Virus record (IMG/VR): IMGVR_UViG_3300042868_004799
Span: 7,286-71,285 of that record
DNA from: a virus
Reading direction: 5' to 3' (one strand)
Length of the DNA: 64,000 nt
The notes under the pieces were generated by a model, which worked only from the letters and a program-made list of their open reading frames with translations, ran no database searches and had not been told where the DNA came from. Of the stretch, positions 28,865-37,529 are shown one piece after another. A program made the translations under genes and the position numbers. Each line of letters opens with the position of its first letter. The stretch's first letter is position 1.

Positions 28865-29968
28865 CTAAACCGTCAAGTCGACCTTGATAGCTAAGTGGAT
28901 AGATGGATCAAAATAAGCAATTGCTGGACGCACTGCTTTGATTCTGACATCGTTCTTGTTGCCACTGACGTCATACCCCTGTGCAAGGTTTTCGTTGGTG
29001 ACAACCGTGTCTCCAAGAAGTACGTCTACGCGACCTGTCGCATAGATCCACTTTGTGGTGTCACTGCCGCGCATTTGAACATTGCCAGGTGTAGCTGTTG
29101 CTGACTGGTTTGATGTTGTGATGTCGAAAGTAAATGTTGTAGTGTTGGTCACGGCTTTGACAGTAAATGTGTTGTCAAATGCTGTACCACCAGCAGTGGT
29201 CGTAAGCACGAACGTTTCTCCAACTTTCATGTAATGAGAGTCTGAAGTGACGATTGTTCCAAGGTTTCCACCGGAAACCGCGATTGTATTGATTGCAATA
29301 TGTGGGCCGTCGCCTGAGTAGCCAGAGCCAATAATGACGTGAGTACCAGCGGCAGTTTGCATGTGCTGGCGATCTTTATTGTCCATGAACACACCGTTGT
29401 TTGTCATCATGATGATGAACGCATCGCGTGTCAAGTGCAGTACACCGTGCTCGCCGGCTGGTGACTGTTCTCCAACGTAGTGCTCAAGAAGTGAAAGAGC
29501 GCGCTTAGGTGAGTACGAGGCACCGTGAGCTGCTTCATCGTGCACAACAGTGACGTTACTGTCAGACAAGAACATGTTTGGAAGACCTTCAGCAAGGGCA
29601 ACCTCTCCGTTCCAAAGTTCGTACTCAAGCGCCTTTTGCGAAACTCCTTCGAGTTGCAGCTTGGCGCGAGTGAACTTATCTTCCGCTGGAAGATCGAATG
29701 TCGAACGATAGTCTTCGACTTCAAGAAAAATTGGCTTAAGTTCGCGATACAAAGGCGAAGCCGGATTTGACGACGATACGTACGACGTAGAAGAAGTCTC
29801 GTCCCAACCACGTACGTAGTTTGGAAGAGTGTTGTACATTTGATAAAAGCCGCGGACCCATTCTTCGTCCATTGCGGCAGTGAGGTGCTCGTTAGGTTTA
29901 GCAACTGCGAAAAGACCAAACTCTGTTGGTTCGATCTGTGGTGCTGGGAAGACTCCTCTAAAAGCCAT
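28865..29968 (-). CDS. Minor capsid / decoration protein
   Basis: Immediately downstream of the major capsid gene; GLFAVA, ALE..LW.G, G.GY.G.GP and WIYATG.V motifs. Confidence 0.6.
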   Translation of the reverse strand: MAFRGVFPAPQIEPTEFGLFAVAKPNEHLTAAMDEEWVRGFYQMYNTLPNYVRGWDETSSTSYVSSSNPASPLYRELKPIFLEVEDYRSTFDLPAEDKFTRAKLQLEGVSQKALEYELWNGEVALAEGLPNMFLSDSNVTVVHDEAAHGASYSPKRALSLLEHYVGEQSPAGEHGVLHLTRDAFIIMMTNNGVFMDNKDRQHMQTAAGTHVIIGSGYSGDGPHIAINTIAVSGGNLGTIVTSDSHYMKVGETFVLTTTAGGTAFDNTFTVKAVTNTTTFTFDITTSNQSATATPGNVQMRGSDTTKWIYATGRVDVLLGDTVVTNENLAQGYDVSGNKNDVRIKAVRPAIAYFDPSIHLAIKVDLTV

Positions 29969-30003
29969 GTTTAAGTTCCTAACTTAATTCGTGTGGTTGT
30001 GTC

Positions 30004-30035
30004 AATGCGGGCAGCCCCGTAGGGCCACCCGCATT
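30004..30035 (-). terminator. Stable hairpin with cUACGg tetraloop after the major capsid gene
   Basis: Minus-strand RNA AAUGCGGGUGGCCC-UACG-GGGCUGCCCGCAUU pairs fully with two G.U wobbles. No U-tract follows. Confidence 0.75.
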
Positions 30036-30052
30036 CGACAACTTTAGTTGGA

Positions 30053-31960
30053 TCAGTATTCGATCGCTGCTGCGGTTGCGCCACCTGTCGTGTCGCGGAG
30101 TGCTGCTGCAACACCGTTCACGTTGATGGTTGACGTAACTACGAGTGATTCAACACCAACCTTGGCAATACCTTCAAAGGTTTCAACGAACATCTTGTAA
30201 TCGTTGGTTCCTACGAGAGTAGAGTCACGGATGATACCGAGGTCCAATGTTCCACCGTCAAGGAACAAGAATGTTCCTTCAGCGAAGATGTACCACGCGA
30301 ACGTATCTGAATACTCATTCATTGCACCGGTGCTCTGAGCACTGAAGACGTTGAGGTCGGGCGAGAACGTGATGTTCACTCCACGAGCAGTCAAGTAGCC
30401 TTCGATTTCAGAATCGGCAACGTTGATTGAATTGTCACCAGGCATTGCCAGTGTAAGGTCTGCACGCATTGCGTCTTTGATCCATGCTGGAGCGATTACG
30501 CGCAACTGCATTGCTGGATCGAGACGATGACGGCTGCGGTATGCAGCGCTTGCGCGTCCGATCTGAACAAGGAAGTCACGAGCAACACCGATAAGGCTTG
30601 TTGACGAGACTGCTGTTGAGCCTGCTGTAAGCTTGCTAGCAAGGTACTGCTCGGCTTCACGAGCGTGCTGGATAAGAGCAAGTTCGTTATGACGAGCGAC
30701 AAGCTCAGGATAAGCGCGTGTCATCAAGTTACCAAACTGGAGTTGCAATGTAACAGCGTCGGTTGCGACGGTTGTTTCAGAGGCTGCAGTGATGGTAAGG
30801 CTTGACTTAACGTCTGTACCTGGGTTTGTGTCTGTTGCGTTTGTCCATACGCCAACTGCGTTGCCATAATCTGACAATACTGGTGGAACGATGTAACGGA
30901 TACCGCCACGGTCAGCCGCGAAGCGTGGAAGCGAGTCGCGCAATGGACGGTCGGTTGTGCCGAATCCAAAGATATCGTACTTAACTTCGAACGGAGTGCT
31001 GTGGCCACCAGATGCGACAAGTGCTTGCGGAGAAGCGATTGCCTTGATCTTAGCGACGTTTGACTCTGTGTCCTGGGTAAGAACGCGTGTGTCTGGGTAC
31101 TTGGTTGTGATTGACGCAACGATGTGCTGCTCGCCATCGCCACCCTTAACACGGCGTAGGCCATGAAGACGGGCGACCATTGCTTCTGCAATATCGTTTG
31201 AGTCGTTGATAACCGAGCCTGCTGTGTATCCAGGGATGTCGGCTCCAGCGGTGATAACCATTGGAGCTTCCTCGCGGCCCTGGACTGGGCGACGGTCGGC
31301 TGGAGCTTGGATTTCTACGTCCTGCTCCTCGTTGTGTGCGGCGGCGGTCACTGGTGCCTCCTGACCTTCCTGCTCCTGTGGAGCATTTGTGATTTCTTGT
31401 GTGCTTGCTTCTGCTTCAGGAGTTGCTTCGACAGCGGCGACTTCGGTCGCAACTGCGGCCTCTGTTACTTCTGCTTCTACTTCTACTGCAGCTTCTGCAA
31501 TTGTGTTGGTCGATAGTTCGGATGCCAATTCCACGTCAGTTGAGAAAAGAGTATTTTTCTTCTTCTTTTCTTCGTCTTCTTCTTCTTCTTCATGCATTCC
31601 CATCATTTCTTCTTCAGCTGGCACTTCTTCCTCTTGCGGGGTTTCTGTGTCTGCTGGAGCTTCTTCTGTTGGAGCTTCTTCTTCAGGAGTTTCGTTCATG
31701 CCGTCTGCTTCACCCTTGACACGCATTGCGGCTTCAGAAGCACGTGCGGTAAGCTCTTGTGAAAGAGCCTCACGTCGTGTTGCTTCATCACGCACTGTGT
31801 CAAGCATGTCAGCAAGAGCTGTCATGGCGTCAACTGTTTGTGGGGTTGGATCTTCACCCTCGACCGTTTCGAACTCGGACACGATTTGAGACTGAAGTTC
31901 GATGACTTGTTCATCGGTCAGTTCTGTAATTGTGTCGAGCATTTGCTTGATACGGTCCAC
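30053..31960 (-). CDS. Major capsid protein with long acidic N-terminal scaffold-like region
   Basis: Acidic coiled N-terminus, then ITAGADIPG, LVASGG, RPLRD.LP.F.A.RGGI, GTFL.LDGG.LDLGI.RDS.L..TNDY..F.E.FE; very strong GGAGGAGG RBS. Confidence 0.88.
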   Translation of the reverse strand: MDRIKQMLDTITELTDEQVIELQSQIVSEFETVEGEDPTPQTVDAMTALADMLDTVRDEATRREALSQELTARASEAAMRVKGEADGMNETPEEEAPTEEAPADTETPQEEEVPAEEEMMGMHEEEEEDEEKKKKNTLFSTDVELASELSTNTIAEAAVEVEAEVTEAAVATEVAAVEATPEAEASTQEITNAPQEQEGQEAPVTAAAHNEEQDVEIQAPADRRPVQGREEAPMVITAGADIPGYTAGSVINDSNDIAEAMVARLHGLRRVKGGDGEQHIVASITTKYPDTRVLTQDTESNVAKIKAIASPQALVASGGHSTPFEVKYDIFGFGTTDRPLRDSLPRFAADRGGIRYIVPPVLSDYGNAVGVWTNATDTNPGTDVKSSLTITAASETTVATDAVTLQLQFGNLMTRAYPELVARHNELALIQHAREAEQYLASKLTAGSTAVSSTSLIGVARDFLVQIGRASAAYRSRHRLDPAMQLRVIAPAWIKDAMRADLTLAMPGDNSINVADSEIEGYLTARGVNITFSPDLNVFSAQSTGAMNEYSDTFAWYIFAEGTFLFLDGGTLDLGIIRDSTLVGTNDYKMFVETFEGIAKVGVESLVVTSTINVNGVAAALRDTTGGATAAAIEY

Positions 31961-31961
31961 T

Positions 31962-32031
31962 GTCCCTCCTCCGGGCCAGTCATGACAAATCTCTTATAGA
32001 TTCGTCTGGGTTTCTGTCCATGGAGAGGGAC
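31962..32031 (-). promoter_or_regulatory. Structured 5' leader that sequesters the capsid-gene Shine-Dalgarno sequence
   Basis: mRNA GUCCCUCUCC (32031-32022) pairs with GGAGGAGGGAC (31972-31962). Nested stems are GGACAG/CUGGCC and GACGAAUCU/AGAUUUGUC. Confidence 0.65.
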
Positions 32032-32068
32032 TCACGCAAAAAATGCTAGAGGCACTCGCCTAGGCTTT

Positions 32069-32077
32069 ATATTATCA
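32069..32077 (-). promoter_or_regulatory. Candidate extended -10 promoter (TGA-TAATAT) for the capsid gene
   Basis: TGnTAnnnT match about 110 nt upstream of the capsid start, just after the protease stop. Confidence 0.4.
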
Positions 32078-32085
32078 AATACGTA

Positions 32086-35000
32086 CTAAGTTAATAGTCG
32101 CATTAGCTTTCCCATTTGGCCGGACACGTCCGACTGGGAAAATAAATCTGATCCTGTTTGGAACTTGCGAAGATCTGCTGTAGCTTCAGCAGAGTCTTTA
32201 GCTCCAATTTTGTCGCTTACTCTATCGACCATGTCGTCGATCAGTTGCTTAAGAACTGGTGGAAGGTCGGAGTAGCGAAGCTTTTCGTTATCGCTGCCAA
32301 ATGGTAAAGGCAGGTTAGCAAGAACAGAACCGAGCTCTCTTGCCACTGATCTAACGCCTTCTAAGCCTTTAGAATCAATCCCACCTTGGTCAATTCGGTC
32401 AACGATATTAAGCAATTTTGATGCTGCAGCGACAGCGTCAGTGTAGTTTCCTATTTTTGCTAGTCGCTCAGCCGCATCTGCTTCGCCTGCTTCTTCGTTA
32501 AGACCAGCCTTACCTAGGTCAATTTTTAGTCGCGCAAGAACATCGCGAAACTTACCTTTGTCATCGCGTGGTTGGTTTACTCCAGAAATAAACTTGCCAG
32601 GAGCTGCGGGTGCTGCTGGAGCAGGGGCTCCAGAATCAGCTGCCGTAACTGCTTTTAAACTACCACTTTTGTCCACTGAAGTGCCCTCCAGAGCCGACGC
32701 AACGCGTGCTTTTAGTTCAGCTACTTGCGTAACAGCTTTGGCAGCAGCAACGCGAGCTTGAAGATCTGTAGGCGCGTCTTCATCTAACAACGATGCCGAC
32801 TTCCATTTTTCTGGAATAAGGTCAGGCTGGTCAAGCCCACGAGCACGCTTAATGATGTGGCGTCTCACGAGTGCGCGCTTAGCTGGTGATGATCGACCGT
32901 AAGACTGAATTGCGTTTTTAAGATCTTCGACGTTGCTAATTGGAAACGAACCATCAGGCAACGCTTTACCGGCTTTAGCAAGTTTACGACGTTCACGCAT
33001 TGAAACTGTAAACTCATCATCAAACTCACCAGAAAACTCATGGATTCGAGCTGAAAGTTCGTCTGCTTTAGCAGAAAGTTCTGCTTGTTTTTCAGCACGA
33101 ATACCGCTGAAACGTGCACGCGCATCTTCTGCTTTAGCGCTTAGCTCGTGTGTTTTTTCAGCTTCAAGAGTCGCGATACGGCTTGAAAGTTCCATGATCG
33201 GGTCGTTCTTCATCTTCGCAAGAACTTGAGCACCAGCGGCGACAAGTGCGTACACTTGGCCAGAGGCTACTCGAGCACGAGCAATTGGGAACCCAGGAAC
33301 GTTTACTTGGCAAACGGCTACAAGCTCGAGTGCACCGCCGATTGGGCGCCAGTCGCCAGACGGAGCAGACGCGCGAAGTGCACGCACTTGCTCTGGGCTA
33401 GCAGATGATCGAAGAGATCCAGCAACCCAGATACCGTATTGATCTTCTCCAGCATGAACGTCCGCGATTGCTGAACCAGTGTCGTCATAGTGACGAGCGG
33501 CGTCAACAGCGCTAGCCTCAAGTGAAGCGTGTCCGCCGGCAAGGGTTAGCTGCCCAACTTGATAGTCTTTTCCATCGTCAGCACGAACTACGCCGGTGTG
33601 GAAGTACGCGTACTTGCTCTTGCTGCGTGGAGGGCGTGTTCCGTACGCCATTCCGATGTGATCAACGTGCCATGCAGCGATGTGGCCGAAGACTCGGCCA
33701 TTGTCGTCTACTGACAGCGGTGTAGGGCCTTTAAGAGCTGGATCGGTAAACCATGTAGCTGGAGGTACTACAGGAATTGCACCTGCAATAATTCCACATG
33801 CTACGATTGACTGGGCTTCGACCCCGTCCATGTCTTCAACATAAATTCCGTCAGGAATCATTGTATGACCTTCCTCTTGACCATCGACTGCACCGTCGTT
33901 GATATAAATACTGCATTCCTCGAACGCAGGCTTAGGTACTATCGTAACCGCCATTACTCGTGCGTGAGTTATGTTTATCTTGTCTCCACCGATTTTTCCC
34001 TCGTCTTTGGAGTCGTCACCGGCTTCTTTTTTGGATTCTTCGTTTGCCTCAAACTGGTCGAGATCTGCCGAAACACCACGAATGAATCCATTGCGAACCA
34101 TGCGCTCAGCTTCATTGCCGTGAGCACCAGTGTCAAAAACGCCTGTAGCGTTTCCGATACCGTCTGCAGTTCTTTCCATGTGGTCGATACGGCCCACAAC
34201 TACTGACCCAGTGTGGCCGTCAGCTGTTTTGATCTGCCATAGCAATGGTAAAGGAAGCTCGCGAATTTCGATAGCACCTTTCTTGAACTTTCTACCGTCT
34301 CCCGACTCACGATCCTCAGGGATAACGAGTGGAATAGTGAACGAGGCGCCGCCAGACATTGGGCTGCCATCTGCTAGTAGGACACGGCTGCGAGCATCTT
34401 GTACTCTAGCGTGTAAGTTACTTTTTTCCATGATCTGATCTTCTTCCAAGACGTAATAGTTGTCGTACGCAGCACTTGCCTTGATACTTTTCTTCTTACC
34501 GATGTTAAATTTGCTTCCTGGCCATACGCCAGTGGCTTCTTTATGGCGAAGTGCGCAATATCCTTTAGCACGAATTCCCATATATTTTACGAGGTGGTGG
34601 TAGCATCTCGTCCAGTCGCCTGGAGTGTTCCAACGAATCTTTATAGCGCCACGGCCGTACAGCCAATAGTGGCGAAGTTTCTCTGCCTGACCTCTGTTGC
34701 GGTCAAGGCCACCTTCTGCGGTAAGTGGCTTGGCGTCCGCTGAATCATTGGCGTCCGCTGAATCAGCAGTGCCATCGACTTGCTTAAGAACCTCGATGAG
34801 GTTGTCTCCGTCTAACGGTACAACTGGAGGAGGTGTTGCTGACTTAAGGTCAGCGAGAATGCTGTCGTCTTTAACCCACTTGGCTTCACTTCTTTTGAAG
34901 ACAGCAGGCTCTGTTGAGTTAGTGTTTGCTGGCACAATACTTACGAGATCAAAAACAGCTGTTAAATCGTCTGGAGAAACAATTGCCATGTACATTGGCT

Positions 35001-36765
35001 GAACATCGCTCGTTTGAGGAGTAAGTTCTTTACCAAGTCCGTTTGCTTTTTTCGCGGTAGATACATTAGCTGCGCGCTTTTCAACTATTACTTCAGCTTC
35101 GCCAGATGACATAAGCGGATTGTAGTAAAGATTAAGGCTTGGCTTTTTAGCAAAAGCATTCTTAAAAAGAGGATGCTTGCGAAGATCGCCCATGCTCTTA
35201 TAGCTTATGCCTGTCTGTTTTTCACGCTGTTTCGTGTACTTAGATATTTCAGATTCAACGTCTCGCACTGGCGCTTTAACGTCGCTAAAGGCTTTGCCAT
35301 TTGCTGATGACCGCTGCTGCATTACCCATCCCGGGTAGTCATACAAAACTTTCTGTAGCTGATCTGGAGTAAGTGCTGGTAGTCCACCGGGAACTGTAGC
35401 ATTTGGCCTGTCAATTGGTGCTCGAGGTTGGCCAAGAATTCCTGTGACGTCTAGCGGCTCGCCTACAGCATCGGTCACTGGAGTAGCCTTTGTCGTAGGC
35501 TTAAAGTCTTCAGCAGCTTGTGTATCTGCAGCGCGTACTTCGCTAGATGACCCATCATCACGCTGAACAGTCACCATTCCAGTGCTGCTGTTAATGCCAG
35601 TGATTCGACCAGTATTAGCTGGGTTGTTGCCGACAACTACACGAGAGCCCATGGCTGCAAATTTTCCACCGCGATCGCGGACTTGCTTTCTTGCGTTTGC
35701 TGACCGTTCTTTAGGAGAATACACTCCATCGTTAGCAGTTGTTTTTGTCGCGCCGATTGGGTCTTCTCCAGCCGCAATGAGCGAATCAATAAATTCCCAG
35801 TCGATGTCTTCCATCGCTGCCGCAACCATTGCTGTTTCTTTTTCGTCAAGGTCGTCAACTGTGATTGAAGAAAACGGAACTTGTTGGAATTTTGCTGACA
35901 AAATTAGTGCTGAGTCGGGGTCAACAAAAATGTGCGACTTTTCAAAGTCATCTTGTGGATCGTCAAGCGCATTGTCAAACGTCAAAATGTCGCTGTCGGT
36001 GTGGCCTAAGTCGTCCCAAACTCCGTCGTCCCATACAAAGACTTCTCCTGCAGCGTCAAGCATGTAAAGGCGATCAATGCCGTCGGAATCGTGACGTACG
36101 CGTGCTACGAACTCTGGGGCGTTTTCAACACCAAGCTCGTGTGCAAGTCTAAACGCATCAATGTCTGTGTCATAGTCGCCGAAAGTTTCGTAGTCGTCAG
36201 GCGATGCTCCACTCGCGCGTAAAGCATTATTTTCACGCTCTACGATTTGCTTTGCCCAGCGCCATCCAGCGTCTCCGCCCCAAAGAGCCCACGCAATTCG
36301 ACCACTAGATGGAAATCCATCTTGGCCAGGCTTATAGCCTTTGCCTTTTTTATCAACTTCATGGCGAGGAAAATACTTTGCGATGTGCCGTATTTTTCTT
36401 GGCCCAACCTGACCACCGTTGGCAAGAATGCGAGCGGTGCCAATCCCGACAGGCGTGCCACCACGATCAAATTCTTTACGCCACTCAAGAGCTTTTTTTG
36501 CTTCTTCTTGTACTGCTTTTGGGATAGTGTACATGCGACCAGCGGCAACAACAGTTTCGATTTGAAGGTCTGACAGTGCACCGGAAGCTAAGTCCATGTA
36601 CATATCGTCGACTTTTTCTTCAGTCTTATTCCATGGCTGAATGTACGACAACGTCTCAAGACTGCCGATGTTTTCAACCATGTTAGTAAGCGTGTCGACA
36701 ACGACACTATTCTTACCATCGGTAAACAGTAGATAACTACCAGATTGACCAAAAAGTGTGATCAT
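32086..36765 (-). CDS. Multidomain capsid maturation protease polyprotein
   Basis: HK97-like protease core (ESGDGR.F, LPL.WQ, GH..SVVVGRI, GVSADLD, VPKPAF), a second GRVFGHIA.W/SGDWR/VNVPGFP domain, plus GRIAWALWGGD, KIRWNTPGDWTRC and ALPDGSFPI domains. Confidence 0.8.
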   Translation of the reverse strand: MITLFGQSGSYLLFTDGKNSVVVDTLTNMVENIGSLETLSYIQPWNKTEEKVDDMYMDLASGALSDLQIETVVAAGRMYTIPKAVQEEAKKALEWRKEFDRGGTPVGIGTARILANGGQVGPRKIRHIAKYFPRHEVDKKGKGYKPGQDGFPSSGRIAWALWGGDAGWRWAKQIVERENNALRASGASPDDYETFGDYDTDIDAFRLAHELGVENAPEFVARVRHDSDGIDRLYMLDAAGEVFVWDDGVWDDLGHTDSDILTFDNALDDPQDDFEKSHIFVDPDSALILSAKFQQVPFSSITVDDLDEKETAMVAAAMEDIDWEFIDSLIAAGEDPIGATKTTANDGVYSPKERSANARKQVRDRGGKFAAMGSRVVVGNNPANTGRITGINSSTGMVTVQRDDGSSSEVRAADTQAAEDFKPTTKATPVTDAVGEPLDVTGILGQPRAPIDRPNATVPGGLPALTPDQLQKVLYDYPGWVMQQRSSANGKAFSDVKAPVRDVESEISKYTKQREKQTGISYKSMGDLRKHPLFKNAFAKKPSLNLYYNPLMSSGEAEVIVEKRAANVSTAKKANGLGKELTPQTSDVQPMYMAIVSPDDLTAVFDLVSIVPANTNSTEPAVFKRSEAKWVKDDSILADLKSATPPPVVPLDGDNLIEVLKQVDGTADSADANDSADAKPLTAEGGLDRNRGQAEKLRHYWLYGRGAIKIRWNTPGDWTRCYHHLVKYMGIRAKGYCALRHKEATGVWPGSKFNIGKKKSIKASAAYDNYYVLEEDQIMEKSNLHARVQDARSRVLLADGSPMSGGASFTIPLVIPEDRESGDGRKFKKGAIEIRELPLPLLWQIKTADGHTGSVVVGRIDHMERTADGIGNATGVFDTGAHGNEAERMVRNGFIRGVSADLDQFEANEESKKEAGDDSKDEGKIGGDKINITHARVMAVTIVPKPAFEECSIYINDGAVDGQEEGHTMIPDGIYVEDMDGVEAQSIVACGIIAGAIPVVPPATWFTDPALKGPTPLSVDDNGRVFGHIAAWHVDHIGMAYGTRPPRSKSKYAYFHTGVVRADDGKDYQVGQLTLAGGHASLEASAVDAARHYDDTGSAIADVHAGEDQYGIWVAGSLRSSASPEQVRALRASAPSGDWRPIGGALELVAVCQVNVPGFPIARARVASGQVYALVAAGAQVLAKMKNDPIMELSSRIATLEAEKTHELSAKAEDARARFSGIRAEKQAELSAKADELSARIHEFSGEFDDEFTVSMRERRKLAKAGKALPDGSFPISNVEDLKNAIQSYGRSSPAKRALVRRHIIKRARGLDQPDLIPEKWKSASLLDEDAPTDLQARVAAAKAVTQVAELKARVASALEGTSVDKSGSLKAVTAADSGAPAPAAPAAPGKFISGVNQPRDDKGKFRDVLARLKIDLGKAGLNEEAGEADAAERLAKIGNYTDAVAAASKLLNIVDRIDQGGIDSKGLEGVRSVARELGSVLANLPLPFGSDNEKLRYSDLPPVLKQLIDDMVDRVSDKIGAKDSAEATADLRKFQTGSDLFSQSDVSGQMGKLMRLLT

Positions 36766-37529
36766 TTACTGGCACTCCTATTCTCATCAGCGTCGTCATT
36801 TATTGGTCCACCTGTTACCCAGGCGTCGCATGTTCTTGTCGATGCGCACTTGAAATCAAATGCTTCGCAATAACCAAGCTGCGCAGCATCAATCGCGTCC
36901 CATGCATCTTTTTGGCCTGATCCGCCTTGAGAAATGCCGCTAGCGATGCAGTCGCGCATCTTTGTCGTAACTACAAACATAGCACAGTTTCCGCACACTG
37001 ATTGTTTCGATTCTTCTGGAGTCACAGACCAAATCTCAGCTTTAGCAGCCCAGAATGAATGATTAGGATACTCAGGGTTAAGCGGGCCATAGCCAGCGGT
37101 GCGTATGGCCTTACGACGATTTGTAAGGTTAACTGAAATGCTTTGAGTTGCGGGAGGGCATACGTCAGTGCTGATAGCGTTACCTTGCGGCTCTTCAGCG
37201 GCAGCTGTGACAGGCTCTTCAACAGGCTGGCTGCTGATATCTTCAGACTTAACAAGTCCGCCTGCAGCTTGTTTGCTGTCGTACGTCGTAATAAACCCAA
37301 CAGGGACGTCTACTTGATACAACTGGTACTGATCTTCAAGCGCGTCAAAAAACCTTGAGTTGACCTGCTGCCATCCGCTGCTGTCGCGAACAAACGAAGC
37401 TCCTTTTTCCATGCTTGAAAAAATCAAGTACGGTATTTCGTCTGAAGACGCGTCTACTAGCGCGTAAAGCTCATCTGTGCCAGAAAGCTCTGATGGCCAC
37501 TGTGCTTTTGTAACGTCTTGATCTGTCAT
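36762..37529 (-). CDS. Head-module protein with Cys-rich putative metal/Fe-S domain
   Basis: CPPATQ...YGPLNP...CGNC..F...C...GYC..FDFKCA..RTCDAW..GGP. Confidence 0.7.
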   Translation of the reverse strand: MTDQDVTKAQWPSELSGTDELYALVDASSDEIPYLIFSSMEKGASFVRDSSGWQQVNSRFFDALEDQYQLYQVDVPVGFITTYDSKQAAGGLVKSEDISSQPVEEPVTAAAEEPQGNAISTDVCPPATQSISVNLTNRRKAIRTAGYGPLNPEYPNHSFWAAKAEIWSVTPEESKQSVCGNCAMFVVTTKMRDCIASGISQGGSGQKDAWDAIDAAQLGYCEAFDFKCASTRTCDAWVTGGPINDDADENRSASK

